Shown: positions 1 through 11,191, numbered from the whole stretch's first letter. The stretch: 63,142 nucleotides of DNA, filler included, from an uncultured bacterium (GCA_964372275.1; 5 parts of 5 records of this genome joined end to end with filler, not necessarily neighbours in it); one strand, 5' to 3'. Notes: generated by a model not told the origin, from the sequence alone. Numbers and translations are program-made.

Positions 1-519
1 ATCGCGGCGCTGTCGCACGCGGTGATCGCCGCGCCGGCGCTCACCGACTCCGCGCGGGGGGTGACGGTGAACGTCGGAACGATCCGCGGCGGGACCAAGC
101 GGAACATCGTCCCCGGCGAAGCCGCCGCCGGGATCGACGTCCGCTATGCCCGGATCGAGGACGGACCTCCGCTCGACCGGGCGCTGCGCGGCCTCGCGGA
201 CGCCTCGCCCGTTCCGGGGGCCCGGATCGAGGTCGACGGCGGACTGAACCGCCCCCCCTTCCCCGCCGAGACCCCCGCCGCGCGCGCGCTCGCGCGGCAT
301 TGGATCGAATCGGCGGCCGACGTCGGCGTCGTGACGCGCGCCGGGCCGACCGGCGGCGGATCGGACGGCAACTGGACCGCGGCGATGGGGATCCCCACCC
401 TCGACGGTCTGGGGCCGGTCGGCGGGAAGTACCACACCGTCGGCGAGTACCTGGTCGTGCCGACGCTGACCGAACGCGCGATCGTCGCCGCCGTTGCGAT
501 CCGGCGCCTTGGCCGCTAG
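1..519 (+). CDS. M20 family metallopeptidase, C-terminal part (5' partial; continues from 50127-50906)
   Basis: VTVNVGTIRGGTKRNIVP dimerisation motif, GGGSDGN, DGLGPVGG..HT..EY; bases 1-114 nearly repeat 50793-50906. Confidence 0.9.
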   Translation: MAALSHAVIAAPALTDSARGVTVNVGTIRGGTKRNIVPGEAAAGIDVRYARIEDGPPLDRALRGLADASPVPGARIEVDGGLNRPPFPAETPAARALARHWIESAADVGVVTRAGPTGGGSDGNWTAAMGIPTLDGLGPVGGKYHTVGEYLVVPTLTERAIVAAVAIRRLGR

Positions 520-3434
520 AACCCGGCGCCGATGCGGAAGATCCAGGCGTGCTCGGGCGCGGCGCCGCCACGGGTGTCGTAGACCTCGTAGGTGAGCTCG
601 ACGTGGTTCAAGAGCGCGGCGGCGGTCGCGAGGAAGCAGCAGATCATCGCCTCGTCGAAGTTGTTCACGCCGGAAGCGACGATCGTGCCGCCGGTGAGGA
701 TCGTCGGCGCCGCGACCGCCACCCACGCCGGCACGGTGACGCCGACGCCGATGCGAAAGCCGCCGCCGGCCGAGGAGACCTCCGGCGATCCCTGGAGGTA
801 GGCCTCGTCCTGGAGCGGCGCCATCCCGAAGAACGGAGTGAACCGCAGGTAGGCGAAGCCGTCGGGCACGCGACGAAGACGGCTGCCGGGCCCGCGAATC
901 GCCCACCCGACCCGGGTCGTCGCGCCGATCGACCAGCGGTAGGGGTGCTTCTCGTCGGCCACGGTGAGCTCGATTCCGCCCCCACCGAACGGCGTCGGCC
1001 AGGCATTGCGACCGCGGATCAGCGTCCCGACGTGCAGCGCGAGGTCGAGCGGACTCGAATCGCCGGGGAGCAACTCCCGGTCGAGGGGCCGCGCGAGCCC
1101 GAGGCTCACGTCGATCTGCAGCGGCATCCAGTCACCGGTCCCCGCGTACCGCGGTGGTGGTCCGGCATTGAACGTCTCCGTCATCGCGTCCGGGATCCGT
1201 GGCGAGCGACTCTTCGATTCAGCCTCCGCATCCGCGCCCCGAAGCGACACGGTGGACTCCGCACCCGTTGCCGTTGCCGGCGCCAGCACCGGAAGCACCC
1301 CCAGCGCCGCCACCGCCGCGACGCCCAGCAACGACCGCATCGCCCGGGCGACGTCGCCGCCGTCCTTCGGGCGGCGGTCGCGTTCGGTGGCGGTCATCCT
1401 CGACAGCAGCTCCGCCACGGTGGAGGGGATTCCGGGCACCGTCGACCGCGGATCGGGAACCTCGGCGTGGACGGCGGCGCGAAGCACCTGGGCCGTCGTC
1501 CCGTCGAAAGCGTTGCGCCCGGTCAGCAGCCGATACCAGGTGATCCCCAGGCTGTAGACGTCGGTGCGCGCGTCGACCTCCATCCCCAACGCCTGCTCCG
1601 GAGAGAGATAGCCCACCGTCCCGACGAACGACCCTTCGCGCGTGAGCGTGTCCGACCCGGAGAGCTTCGCGATCCCGAAGTCGGCGATCTTCGCCGCGTC
1701 GCCGGCGCGGTCGACGAGCAGCACGTTGGACGGCTTCACGTCACGGTGCACGATCCCCTGCGCGTGCGCGGCGCCCAGGCCCTCGGCCACCCCTGCGAGC
1801 AGCCGCGTCGCGTGGGTCCAGGGGAGCGGAAGCGGCGAATCGGGGTCGCGGATCCGGTCGAGCAACGTGCCGCCGGGGACGAACTCCATGACGATGTAGG
1901 GGGCTGCCGCGTCGAAACCNNNNNNNNNNTCTTAGATCTGCACCACGTGGGGATGGACGATGCGCGCGACGGCCAGCGCCTCGCGCCGGAATCGGGTGAA
2001 CGCCGCCGGATCGGCCGCCTCCAGCACCTTGATCGCGACGGTGCGCTCCAGGTCGCGGTCGCGTCCGAGGAAGATCGCCCCCATGCCGCCCCGGCCGAGC
2101 GTCCGTTCGATCCGGTAGCGGCCGATCTCGACCGGCCGGTCGAGCGCCTGACCGGCCCCGACGACCCGCCCCGACGGGGCCGGAGCCCGGCTCTCGCCAT
2201 CGGCGACGGCCGTGTCGCGAAGGAGGGTGCGGAGACGCAGCCGCTCCCGCTCGGCGTTCCGGCTGGCATGGGCCGAGAGGAGGCCGCCGGCGACGAGGAA
2301 CAGCACGGCGGGACTGGCGATCGGGGCGAACCGGTCGAAGGCGGCGGCGAGGAGGACGCCGACGCCGGCCTGGGCGATCGCGAGGAGGGTCGCGACCGCG
2401 AGGATCTGCGTGGCCGGCCGCCGGGCCAGTGAAAACGAAATCGTTAGGAGCAGGAACGCCGAAAGGCCGAGCGTGGCGAGGCGCGGAACCGGCCGCGGGA
2501 CGCGTCCACCCTCGAACGTCCGGATCGCGGAGGCGAGCAGCAGTCCCCCGGCGGTCGTCGCCCCGAGCGGCGTGGCGAGCGTGTCGGGAGAGGCGACCGA
2601 GTCGACGTAGACCAACGCCAATCTCCCGGCGAGCGCCGCGGCGGAAGCCGCCTCGTCGCGACCCGCGAAGACGTCGGCGGCGCGCACCACCGGCGGCAGC
2701 CCTCTGCCGGGCGTCAGGTCGAGGTACATCTCGCCCGCGTACAGCGGGATCGACCGGCCACCGGGAAGGTGGAGCGCGCGCTCGTCGGCGCGAACCGCGG
2801 CCGGATCCTCCCCTCGGTGACGCAACCACCCGACCAGCGGCAACGATGGCAAGCTTCCGGTCTCGCCTCGCACGGCGAGGAGCGGCGCATGCGCGCGGAC
2901 CTGCCCGTCGCTCTTCACGAAGACGAAGACGTGCCCGAGGCCGAGCGCGCGTTCACCAAACCGCTCCAACGGCGGCGCCAGCTCGGTTACGGACCGTTCG
3001 GTCGCGGGATGGGCGATCGCCGGGAGGAGCGATCGACGCACCGCCGGTCCGACGACCGGCGATCCGTCCCTGGAATAGCCGACCGCCAGGACCGTCCGTC
3101 CGAGGGCCTGTTCGAACTCCGCGTCCGACTCGGGGGTCGTCTCGCCGGCGACCACCGCGTCGTAGAGGATGGTGCGCGCGCCGAGTCGTTCCAGTCGTCG
3201 CAGCAGGTCGGCCGCCTTCTCGCGGGGCCACGGCCACCGCCCGTTCTCGCGGATGGCGGTGTCGTCCACCGGCACCAGGACCAGGTCGTCCGGCCAGCCC
3301 CCGTCGCGCCGGAGCGCCAGACGGAGATCGAAGGCGCGCCGCTCGATCGGTTCCACCACCGGCGTCGCGCCCAGGGCCACCACGAGGGCGGCAAGGACGA
3401 GCAGCGCGGGAGCAACGCTCGTCGAGCGGGGCAC
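516..3434 (-). CDS. CHASE2-domain membrane Ser/Thr (Hanks) protein kinase with C-terminal exported domain; spans 10-N gap at 1920-1929
   Basis: CHASE2 signature (VPVDD..GRWPWPR), three TM helices, kinase motifs GRGGMG, AIK, HRDVKPSN, DFG; ORFs 1932-3470 and 516-1889 are in the same frame; the TAA beside the gap is probably a miscalled TAC (QIYD); GTG start chosen from -10 spacing. Confidence 0.85.
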
Positions 3435-3439
3435 CGTGT

Positions 3440-3446
3440 TACGATA
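3440..3446. promoter_or_regulatory. Overlapping -10 elements (TACGAT on +, TATCGT on -) between the kinase and pilin-like genes
   Basis: TACGATA; minus-strand TAnnnT lies 6 nt before the GTG at 3434; same heptamer at 4996-5002. Confidence 0.5.
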
Positions 3447-3484
3447 CGGGGGATCGGATCCTTGCTTCAAGGAGCGCCGTGGCC

Positions 3485-3979
3485 ATGGCTGTTCGATCCG
3501 AGCGCGGCCAGACCGCGACCGAATACATGCTGGTGATCTCGGTGGTCGTGGTCGCCGTGGTTGCGGCCGCCTACGCCTTCGTTCCGAACTTCCGCGCCGG
3601 GGTATGGAGTCTGGCGGCGGACGTCGAGACGATTCTCGGCGGCGGCCAGATCGGCGGCGTGGGAGTGACCCGAGCCGACGATCCCAACATCGCGGGCGGC
3701 TACACGGTCGCCATCGCCTCGCGACGTTGCGACGAGGGGCCGGCCGACCCGCGTCACGCGGCGATGTTCGCGCCGCCGCCGTGCGAGGGATCTCCGGCCG
3801 CCGTGGCGGCGTCGCCGATGCCGACCCCCTTCTCCTGCGCTTCGGTTCACCTCCCGGCCGGCGGCCGCGCGTCGTTCAATCGCGACAGGACCGCCGCCGA
3901 GTCGAGGAAGATCGCCGGGAGCAACACCGGAAAGAACAGGTCGGCGAGCGGAACCAGCGCCACCGACGCCGCCAAGTAG
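3485..3979 (+). CDS. Flp/class III signal peptide pilin-like protein with Cys-containing C-terminal extension
   Basis: MAVRSERG|QTATEY followed by hydrophobic helix (G|xxxxEY Flp motif); AAGGAG upstream; 3' end overlaps the opposite gene. Confidence 0.7.
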   Translation: MAVRSERGQTATEYMLVISVVVVAVVAAAYAFVPNFRAGVWSLAADVETILGGGQIGGVGVTRADDPNIAGGYTVAIASRRCDEGPADPRHAAMFAPPPCEGSPAAVAASPMPTPFSCASVHLPAGGRASFNRDRTAAESRKIAGSNTGKNRSASGTSATDAAK

Positions 3980-4989
3980 AGGAACCCGCCGCCGGCGAGC
4001 GCCGCGAAGGTCCACCGCCGCGGAACGAATCGGACCGAAACGAGGGCGGCGAGGACCGCGGCGGCGAACGCCGCTCCGCGGTGCGCCACGCGCGGCGTCC
4101 GTCCGGTCTCGATCGTCCGAACGGCATAGGCGAGCAGCTCGCCGCCCGGAGTCGACGGGGAGAGCGGGCTCGCGTGCCGGTCGGCGCCGGTCTCGACGTG
4201 AACGATCGCCAGCGCCCCGTCGAGCCGCGGCGCTTCGTCCCGCAGGATCGCGGACGCCGGGACTCGGCGCGGGGCCTCCCCGCCGGGAACCAGGTCGAGG
4301 AACATCTCGCCGGCGTACAACCGGATCGGTGCGCGGCCCGGGATCGCCAGCCGGTCGTCGGCCCCCTCGACCGAGGCCGGGTCGATCCCCCGGTGGCGGA
4401 GGAATGCCGCGAGCGGAAGCGAAGGGACGGCCCGGTGCGGTTCGACCGGGAGCAGCGGCGGAGAGGCCCGGATTCGCGCATCGGGCGGGAGGTGCGCGAA
4501 GGTGTGCCCTCGGCCGGCGGCGGCGTCCGAGAAGAGGGACGGCGGACCGCGGAACGCGTCGGCCGGAACCCGGCGGGTGAATCGACCCGGGACGAGCGCC
4601 GAACGCCCATCGACCGCAGGTTCGCCGCGCCTTCCCGGCGTGTAGAGGACGGCGATCACCGTCTCGCGCAGCGCCCGCGCCAGCACTCGATCGGCCTCCG
4701 GATCGCCGGTCGCATCGAGCTCCACGTCGAGCGCCACCGTCCGCACGCCGAGCGCGCGAAGCCGCTCGAGCAACGCGGCCAACGTCGCGCTGGGCCACGG
4801 CCAGGGACCGGACTCCGCCAGCGCCGCGTCGTCGATCGGCACCAGCGTCAGGTCGGCCGGCCATCCGGCGTCTCGGCGGAGCCCGAGGCGCAGATCGAAC
4901 AGACGGGACTCGACGAATTCGAGCTTCGACGCGATCAACAGGGAGGCGACGAGCGCGACCACCAGCGGCACGATGCGCGACAGGCCCAT
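3847..4989 (-). CDS. CHASE2 domain membrane protein with no output domain
   Basis: LVPIDD..GPWPWP, TPGGELLA, three C-terminal TM helices then stop; visibly paralogous to the kinase N-terminus. Confidence 0.85.
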   Translation of the reverse strand: MGLSRIVPLVVALVASLLIASKLEFVESRLFDLRLGLRRDAGWPADLTLVPIDDAALAESGPWPWPSATLAALLERLRALGVRTVALDVELDATGDPEADRVLARALRETVIAVLYTPGRRGEPAVDGRSALVPGRFTRRVPADAFRGPPSLFSDAAAGRGHTFAHLPPDARIRASPPLLPVEPHRAVPSLPLAAFLRHRGIDPASVEGADDRLAIPGRAPIRLYAGEMFLDLVPGGEAPRRVPASAILRDEAPRLDGALAIVHVETGADRHASPLSPSTPGGELLAYAVRTIETGRTPRVAHRGAAFAAAVLAALVSVRFVPRRWTFAALAGGGFLYLAASVALVPLADLFFPVLLPAIFLDSAAVLSRLNDARPPAGR

Positions 4990-4995
4990 CGGATG

Positions 4996-5002
4996 TACGA
5001 TA
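4996..5002. promoter_or_regulatory. Bidirectional overlapping -10 boxes serving two divergent, apparently leaderless genes
   Basis: 20-bp intergenic gap; TACGAT 8 nt before ATG 5010 (+) and TATCGT 7 nt before ATG 4989 (-). Confidence 0.6.
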
Positions 5003-5009
5003 AGCGAGC

Positions 5010-6383
<1,374 letters not shown>

Positions 6384-6394
6384 GGCGGCGGTCG

Positions 6395-7753
6395 ATGGCC
6401 GAGCGAAACCTCGACACCAACTTCCGCGTCGAGCTCAAGCGGATCTACCTCGAGGAGTCGGACGTCAAGGTCCGCGCCTTGAAGGCGGTGATGAAGAACT
6501 TCCTGCGGGAGCCGGGTCTGCCCTCGAACCTCGCCGACTACATCGAGATGGCGCACAAGCTCGCCGGCGCGGGGGCGACCTACGGTTTCCCGGTGGTGTC
6601 GGAGGTCGGCGGGGCGATGGAGGGCCTGCTCCGCGGCATCCGCGGCGGCGATGTCGAGCTGACCGACGACGTCCGCAACGCGCTGGCGCGGGCGGCGAAG
6701 GCGACGGAGGAGGTCTTCGCCAAGGCCAAGGAGGGGATCGAGGTCACAAGCAGCGACTTCCCGGTGATCCACGACCTGAAGTCGCTCTCCCGGCAGCCGC
6801 AAGAGCGGTCGGAGTCCTCGGCGGAGCTGGCCGACACGCGTAAGACGATCCTGATCGTCGACGACGACGTCGACTCGCTGCGCATCACCAACCTCACCCT
6901 GGTGAAGGCCGGCTACAAGGTCCTCTCCTACATGAACGCGGAGGAGGTGCGGGCGGCGCTTCGCACCGAGCGCCCCGACCTGATGATCTTCGACGTGATG
7001 CTGCCGGGGATGAGCGGCTACGACCTGTGCCGGGAGATCCGCAAGGACAAGGCGTTCATCTTCACCCCGGTCATCTACGTCACCACCAAAGGACAGCTCG
7101 ACGACAAGATCGCGGGCCTGAAGACCGGCGCCGACGACTACATCGTGAAACCGTTCGAGCCGGAGGAGCTGGTGGCGCGCGTCGGCGCGCACATCGGGCG
7201 GATCGAGCTCCTGAAGGAGCTGTCGATCAAGGACGGACTGACCCGAGCCTTCAACCACCGCTACTTCCAGGAGCGGATGGGGGTGGAGCTGGGACGCGCA
7301 AAACGCTACGGCCGGGCGCTGTCGATCGCGCTGACCGACATCGACCACTTCAAGCGGTTCAACGACACCTGGGGGCATCAGGTCGGGGACGTCGTCCTCA
7401 AGCGCCTGGTCGACACGCTGCACGCGCAGGTGCGCAGCGTCGACGTCGTCTGCCGCTACGGCGGGGAGGAGTTCGTGGTGATCTTCCCCGAGACTCCGGC
7501 GGGGAAGGCGTTCGAGGTGATGAACCGGATCCGCGAGCACCTGGCCCACAACACCTTCAAGGTCGACGGTTTCGAGGAGGAGTTCCGCGTCACCGTCTCC
7601 GCCGGCGTCGCCAGCTTCCCCGGCGATTCGCAGGTGAAGGACGAGCTGATCGCCAAGGCCGACAAGGCGCTCTACCTGGCGAAGAGCAAGGGGCGCAACC
7701 AGGTCTGCACCGCGCTCGACCTCGACGCCGGCGTGCCCCCGGTGGACGGATGA
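6395..7753 (+). CDS. Hpt-REC-GGDEF diguanylate cyclase response regulator
   Basis: Hpt AHKLAGAGATYGF; REC IVDD..DVMLP..KPF; RSVD I-site before GGEEF. Confidence 0.93.
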   Translation: MAERNLDTNFRVELKRIYLEESDVKVRALKAVMKNFLREPGLPSNLADYIEMAHKLAGAGATYGFPVVSEVGGAMEGLLRGIRGGDVELTDDVRNALARAAKATEEVFAKAKEGIEVTSSDFPVIHDLKSLSRQPQERSESSAELADTRKTILIVDDDVDSLRITNLTLVKAGYKVLSYMNAEEVRAALRTERPDLMIFDVMLPGMSGYDLCREIRKDKAFIFTPVIYVTTKGQLDDKIAGLKTGADDYIVKPFEPEELVARVGAHIGRIELLKELSIKDGLTRAFNHRYFQERMGVELGRAKRYGRALSIALTDIDHFKRFNDTWGHQVGDVVLKRLVDTLHAQVRSVDVVCRYGGEEFVVIFPETPAGKAFEVMNRIREHLAHNTFKVDGFEEEFRVTVSAGVASFPGDSQVKDELIAKADKALYLAKSKGRNQVCTALDLDAGVPPVDG

Positions 7754-8961
7754 TGCGCCTCCGCCGTCCTCCCGTCGCGCGCGGGCGCACCGCGCGAACG
7801 ATTGCCGCCGGCGCGCTGGCCGCGGTCGCTCTCGCGGCGGGGGCCGCCAACGCGGCGCCCCTGCGGATCGCCATCGCCAAGGCGCCGAAGCTGACGGTCA
7901 AGGGGATGGACCTGGTGATCCACGACGCCGCCGGGAACCTCCTCCCGCTCCCGGACGCCTACGCCGAAGTGGTGTTCCAGCCGACCGCGCAGGGGATCTC
8001 GGTCGGCGGGAAGGAGGTGCTCGGCGAGCCGATCCGCCTCGAGTGCCGTTCCATCTACTTCCGCGCCAACGAGCGGCAGTACCGGGGCCTGGTCTCGATC
8101 TACCGCGACGGCGACCGCCTGCTCGCCGTCAACTCGATCGAGCTGGAGGACTACCTGGTCGGCCTGATCAACCACGAGGTGTCGAGCGCGTGGGCGATCG
8201 AGGCGGTGAAGGCGCAGGCGGTCGTGGCCCGCACCTACGCGCTCTACCAGTCGTCGAACTCACGCGACCCGCGGTACGACCTGGAGTCGACCGTCGACGA
8301 CCAGGTCTACTCGGGGAGCCAGGCCGAGGACTACCGTTCGTCGCTCGCCGTCCGGGAGACCTCCGGCGAGGTGCTGGTCGACGGCAACGGAAACGTGGTC
8401 CAGGCGTTCTACTCGTCGAACTGCGGCGGGATCACCGAGCTGCCGCAAAACGTCTGGGGAACGTCGACCCCGATCGCCGCCAGCGTGAAGGATCCCTGGT
8501 GCGCCCGGGCGCCCAACAGCTCGTGGAGCTGGGCGATCGACGCGCGCGAGCTGGGGGCGCGGCTCAAGGAGGCGGGGTACGCGGGCGGGGCGGTGCGGTC
8601 GGTCTCGGTCCTCAAGGAGTCGCCAGCGAAGCGAGCGCTCAGGCTGCGGATCGAGTCGGCAGGGGGCCGGATCGAGATCGGCGGCAACGAGCTGCGGCGC
8701 GCCCTCGGATACTCCAACCTGAAGAGCGCGCAGTTCGACGTACAGCGGGTGAACGCCGGAAACGCCGACCTCGGTTGGTCGACCCAGTTCCTCTTCACCG
8801 GCCGCGGCGCCGGGCACGGCGTCGGGTTGTGCCAGTGGGGGGCGAAGGGGATGGCCGACGGCGGTTACGACTACCGCCAGGTCCTCGGCCACTACTACCC
8901 GGGCCTCTTCCTCCGGGACCTGGACTCGGCCGAAACGAACTCCGCGCGCGCGACACCGTAG
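7750..8961 (+). CDS. SpoIID/LytB domain protein
   Basis: LEDYLVG..E, KAQAVVARTYA, DQVY, GHGVGLCQWGA; signal peptide; ATGA overlap with upstream stop. Confidence 0.92.
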   Translation: MMRLRRPPVARGRTARTIAAGALAAVALAAGAANAAPLRIAIAKAPKLTVKGMDLVIHDAAGNLLPLPDAYAEVVFQPTAQGISVGGKEVLGEPIRLECRSIYFRANERQYRGLVSIYRDGDRLLAVNSIELEDYLVGLINHEVSSAWAIEAVKAQAVVARTYALYQSSNSRDPRYDLESTVDDQVYSGSQAEDYRSSLAVRETSGEVLVDGNGNVVQAFYSSNCGGITELPQNVWGTSTPIAASVKDPWCARAPNSSWSWAIDARELGARLKEAGYAGGAVRSVSVLKESPAKRALRLRIESAGGRIEIGGNELRRALGYSNLKSAQFDVQRVNAGNADLGWSTQFLFTGRGAGHGVGLCQWGAKGMADGGYDYRQVLGHYYPGLFLRDLDSAETNSARATP

Positions 8962-9005
8962 GGGTTCGGGGAGGCCCCGAGGGAGCCCGAAGGGCGGACC
9001 GACGG

Positions 9006-9245
9006 TCAGCAGAGATCGCGGCACATGTCCGGCTCGGACGCCGGAGCCGGCGCGGACTTCGGGGATGTCTTCCCGTCGCGCGGGGTCGACTTGCCGGCCG
9101 CCTTCGCTTCGCGGTCGGCCGGTTTGGAGGTGGCGGCGGGCGCCTCGAGCCTGACCGGAGCGGGTGCCTTGCGTTCGGCGGCAGGCCCCTGGGCCATCGC
9201 CGGAACCGCCACCGTCAGCATCAGCACTGCAAGCCAGCGCGCCAT
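9006..9245 (-). CDS. small exported hypothetical protein (79 aa)
   Basis: Sec signal peptide (AMA|Q), Ala/Pro/Lys-rich body, terminal CRDLC; sigma54 motif upstream. Confidence 0.6.
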   Translation of the reverse strand: MARWLAVLMLTVAVPAMAQGPAAERKAPAPVRLEAPAATSKPADREAKAAGKSTPRDGKTSPKSAPAPASEPDMCRDLC

Positions 9246-9271
9246 GAGAACCCCCTGATGGGATTCGAAGT

Positions 9272-9287
9272 AGCAGGGAGGGTGCCA
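9272..9287 (-). promoter_or_regulatory. sigma54 (-24/-12) promoter
   Basis: TGGCACCCTCCCTGCT with GG-N10-GC spacing, ~27 nt before ATG 9245. Confidence 0.65.
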
Positions 9288-9402
9288 CGGCCAACTGGCC
9301 GGAATCTCACGATTTCGGCGGCCGTGTCCGTGTAAGGGGCGCCTCGGGTGGGGTGCCGGGCCCCGGCGGACGGGCGTGATCCGCCGTCGTTTCGAGGCAA
9401 GG

Positions 9403-10185
9403 CTACTTCTTCTCCAACTCGGAGATCCGCTCGTTCAGGCCGATGACGCGCCGTGCGAGCGTGGTCGAGATGTCGAGGATCAGCTGCGGCCGGAACTTCA
9501 CCAGCAGGGCGAAGTTCTCCCGCTCGATGACGTGCACCGCGCAGCTCGTTCGCGCGCGCACCGTGGCGGTGCGGGGCTGATTGGTGAAGAAGCTCATCTC
9601 GCCGAACACCTCGCCGGAGCCGATCGTCCCGACGTCGACCCCGGCGACCGACGCGGAGGCCTCGCCGTCGAGCATGACGAAGATCTCGTTCGGCGCCGTC
9701 CCCTCCTCGATGATCACCTCCCCCGCCTCGAACTGCTTGAGCTTGGCGTCGGGACGGATCTCCTCGGTGGCGTAGACCGCGCAGAGCCCCTGCATCAGCT
9801 GGTTCTGGCACTCCAGGTAGGCCGACCATTTCGAGAAGAGCGGGCTGTCCGCGCGCAGCGCCTCCAGGAACGCGGCGCGAGGGAAGACGACGACGTCGGT
9901 CGCGAACTCGCTGGTCACGATCGCCGTGCCGTCCTCCACCGCCGGCGGGAGAACGAAATCGTTCGTGGTGTAGAGGCGGACCAGCTTCCCGTTGAGGAAG
10001 AAGCGGCAGAAGCCGCTCTTCATGAAGAGGTAGGCGGTCGGACCCGCGGCGAGCAGGTTCTCGTTCCCCTTGATCCGCTCCTCGCGCCCGATCGACGCCA
10101 GCGCGGCGGCGATCTCCGCCGCTGACTTCTGCGAGTCGAGGTGCAGGTCCTCCAGGGCGGCGGGGAGGTCGACGATCGCGAGCAC
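9403..10185 (-). CDS. cyclic nucleotide-binding domain protein
   Basis: GEVFGEMSF..PRTATVRA phosphate-binding cassette; degenerate cNMP-like N-terminal half; no HTH. Confidence 0.85.
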   Translation of the reverse strand: MLAIVDLPAALEDLHLDSQKSAAEIAAALASIGREERIKGNENLLAAGPTAYLFMKSGFCRFFLNGKLVRLYTTNDFVLPPAVEDGTAIVTSEFATDVVVFPRAAFLEALRADSPLFSKWSAYLECQNQLMQGLCAVYATEEIRPDAKLKQFEAGEVIIEEGTAPNEIFVMLDGEASASVAGVDVGTIGSGEVFGEMSFFTNQPRTATVRARTSCAVHVIERENFALLVKFRPQLILDISTTLARRVIGLNERISELEKK

Positions 10186-10186
10186 G

Positions 10187-11101
10187 CTAGGCGCCCGCGG
10201 CGAGCTGGCGGACCGAGGCGACGAGCTTCTCGGCCCTGGCGTGGCTCGCCTGCAGCTGGGCCGCGGTCGTTCCCGGCTTGCCGGTCAGGACCTCCGCCGC
10301 TTCCACGAACTCCCGCGGACGTCGCTCGAACGCCGCAATCTCGTCGAGCGAGCCCTTCTCGTTGAGGAACCAGCGTTCGTTGATCGCGTAGAGAACCTGG
10401 ACCAGCGACGCCACGCACCGGTAGAGGCTCCCCGCGACGTGCGGAACATCGCCACGCTTGGCCGCCTTGGCGGTGGTCTCCAGGGCGAATCCGGCCTCCC
10501 ACAAGTAGCGGTCGGTCAGCGCCCTCTTCAGTCCGGGCGGGTACGACGCCGCGAGCTGCTTCATGGCGACCAGGATTCCGCGCGGATCGGCCAAGACCTC
10601 GCCGAGCGCCACCTCGCCCATGTAGGTATGGCTGTGGAAGCCGTGCGGGTGCCCGGCCTGATAGGCGCACGAGATCCGCCCGGCGCGACAGTCGGTGATC
10701 GTCTGGACCACGTGTCCGAGCTCGCGATAGAGCCAGTCGACCCGTCGTCCGTCGACGACCAGCCACGCCCCGCCGTTGATCCACGGCCCCCAATCGCCGA
10801 AGTCCGTGGCCGCTTCCGGCGCGCCCCGATCGTCGAGAGCGGCCGCCAGCTCCCTCAGGGCGGCAATGTTGGGCTTCTGCTCGGCGCGGTAGTAGACGCC
10901 GAGATCGAGGTCCGAGTGGCGATCGGCCGTGCCCCGGGCCCGCGACCCACCCAACGTCACCGCGACCACGTTCTCGACGCCGGCGATCTTCTTGGCGATC
11001 CGTTCCGCCAGCTTGCGCTCCGGTGACTTCGCCTTCGCCGCGCTCCGCCCCTTCTTCGCCGCCGGTCCCACGCGGACCTCCGCTCTCATTGCCGTGCTCA
11101 T
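10187..11101 (-). CDS. nucleotidyltransferase domain protein (DUF4037-like)
   Basis: GGSRARG..SDLDLG Pol-beta NTase motif; GPWINGGAWL, FLNEKG. Confidence 0.85.
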   Translation of the reverse strand: MSTAMRAEVRVGPAAKKGRSAAKAKSPERKLAERIAKKIAGVENVVAVTLGGSRARGTADRHSDLDLGVYYRAEQKPNIAALRELAAALDDRGAPEAATDFGDWGPWINGGAWLVVDGRRVDWLYRELGHVVQTITDCRAGRISCAYQAGHPHGFHSHTYMGEVALGEVLADPRGILVAMKQLAASYPPGLKRALTDRYLWEAGFALETTAKAAKRGDVPHVAGSLYRCVASLVQVLYAINERWFLNEKGSLDEIAAFERRPREFVEAAEVLTGKPGTTAAQLQASHARAEKLVASVRQLAAGA

Positions 11102-11191
11102 CGTTGCGGCGAACGGTAGCGCGCGCGCGCACCCCTGCCAATCCCGGACGGTGGGCCGGCCGGGAAACCGCTACACTCGAGCGTCCGGACG

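Noticed and set aside
1920-1934. In-frame TAA suggesting the kinase is a pseudogene or two genes
   Set aside because: It sits 2 nt from an N gap where QIYD (TAC GAC) is expected and both halves are in frame; likely a base-call error.
3451-3466. Possible sigma54 promoter before the pilin-like gene (GGATCGGATCCTTGCT)
   Set aside because: TTGC is present but the -24 position reads GA rather than GG at the required spacing.
8962-9005. GC hairpin between convergent genes as a terminator
   Set aside because: Short imperfect stem with no U tract on either strand; unsupported at this GC content.
10187-11101. Nucleotidyltransferase as a toxin-antitoxin or CBASS component beside a cNMP-binding gene
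   Set aside because: Looks like the common DUF4037-type protein; no HEPN toxin, cyclase features or effector recognised.
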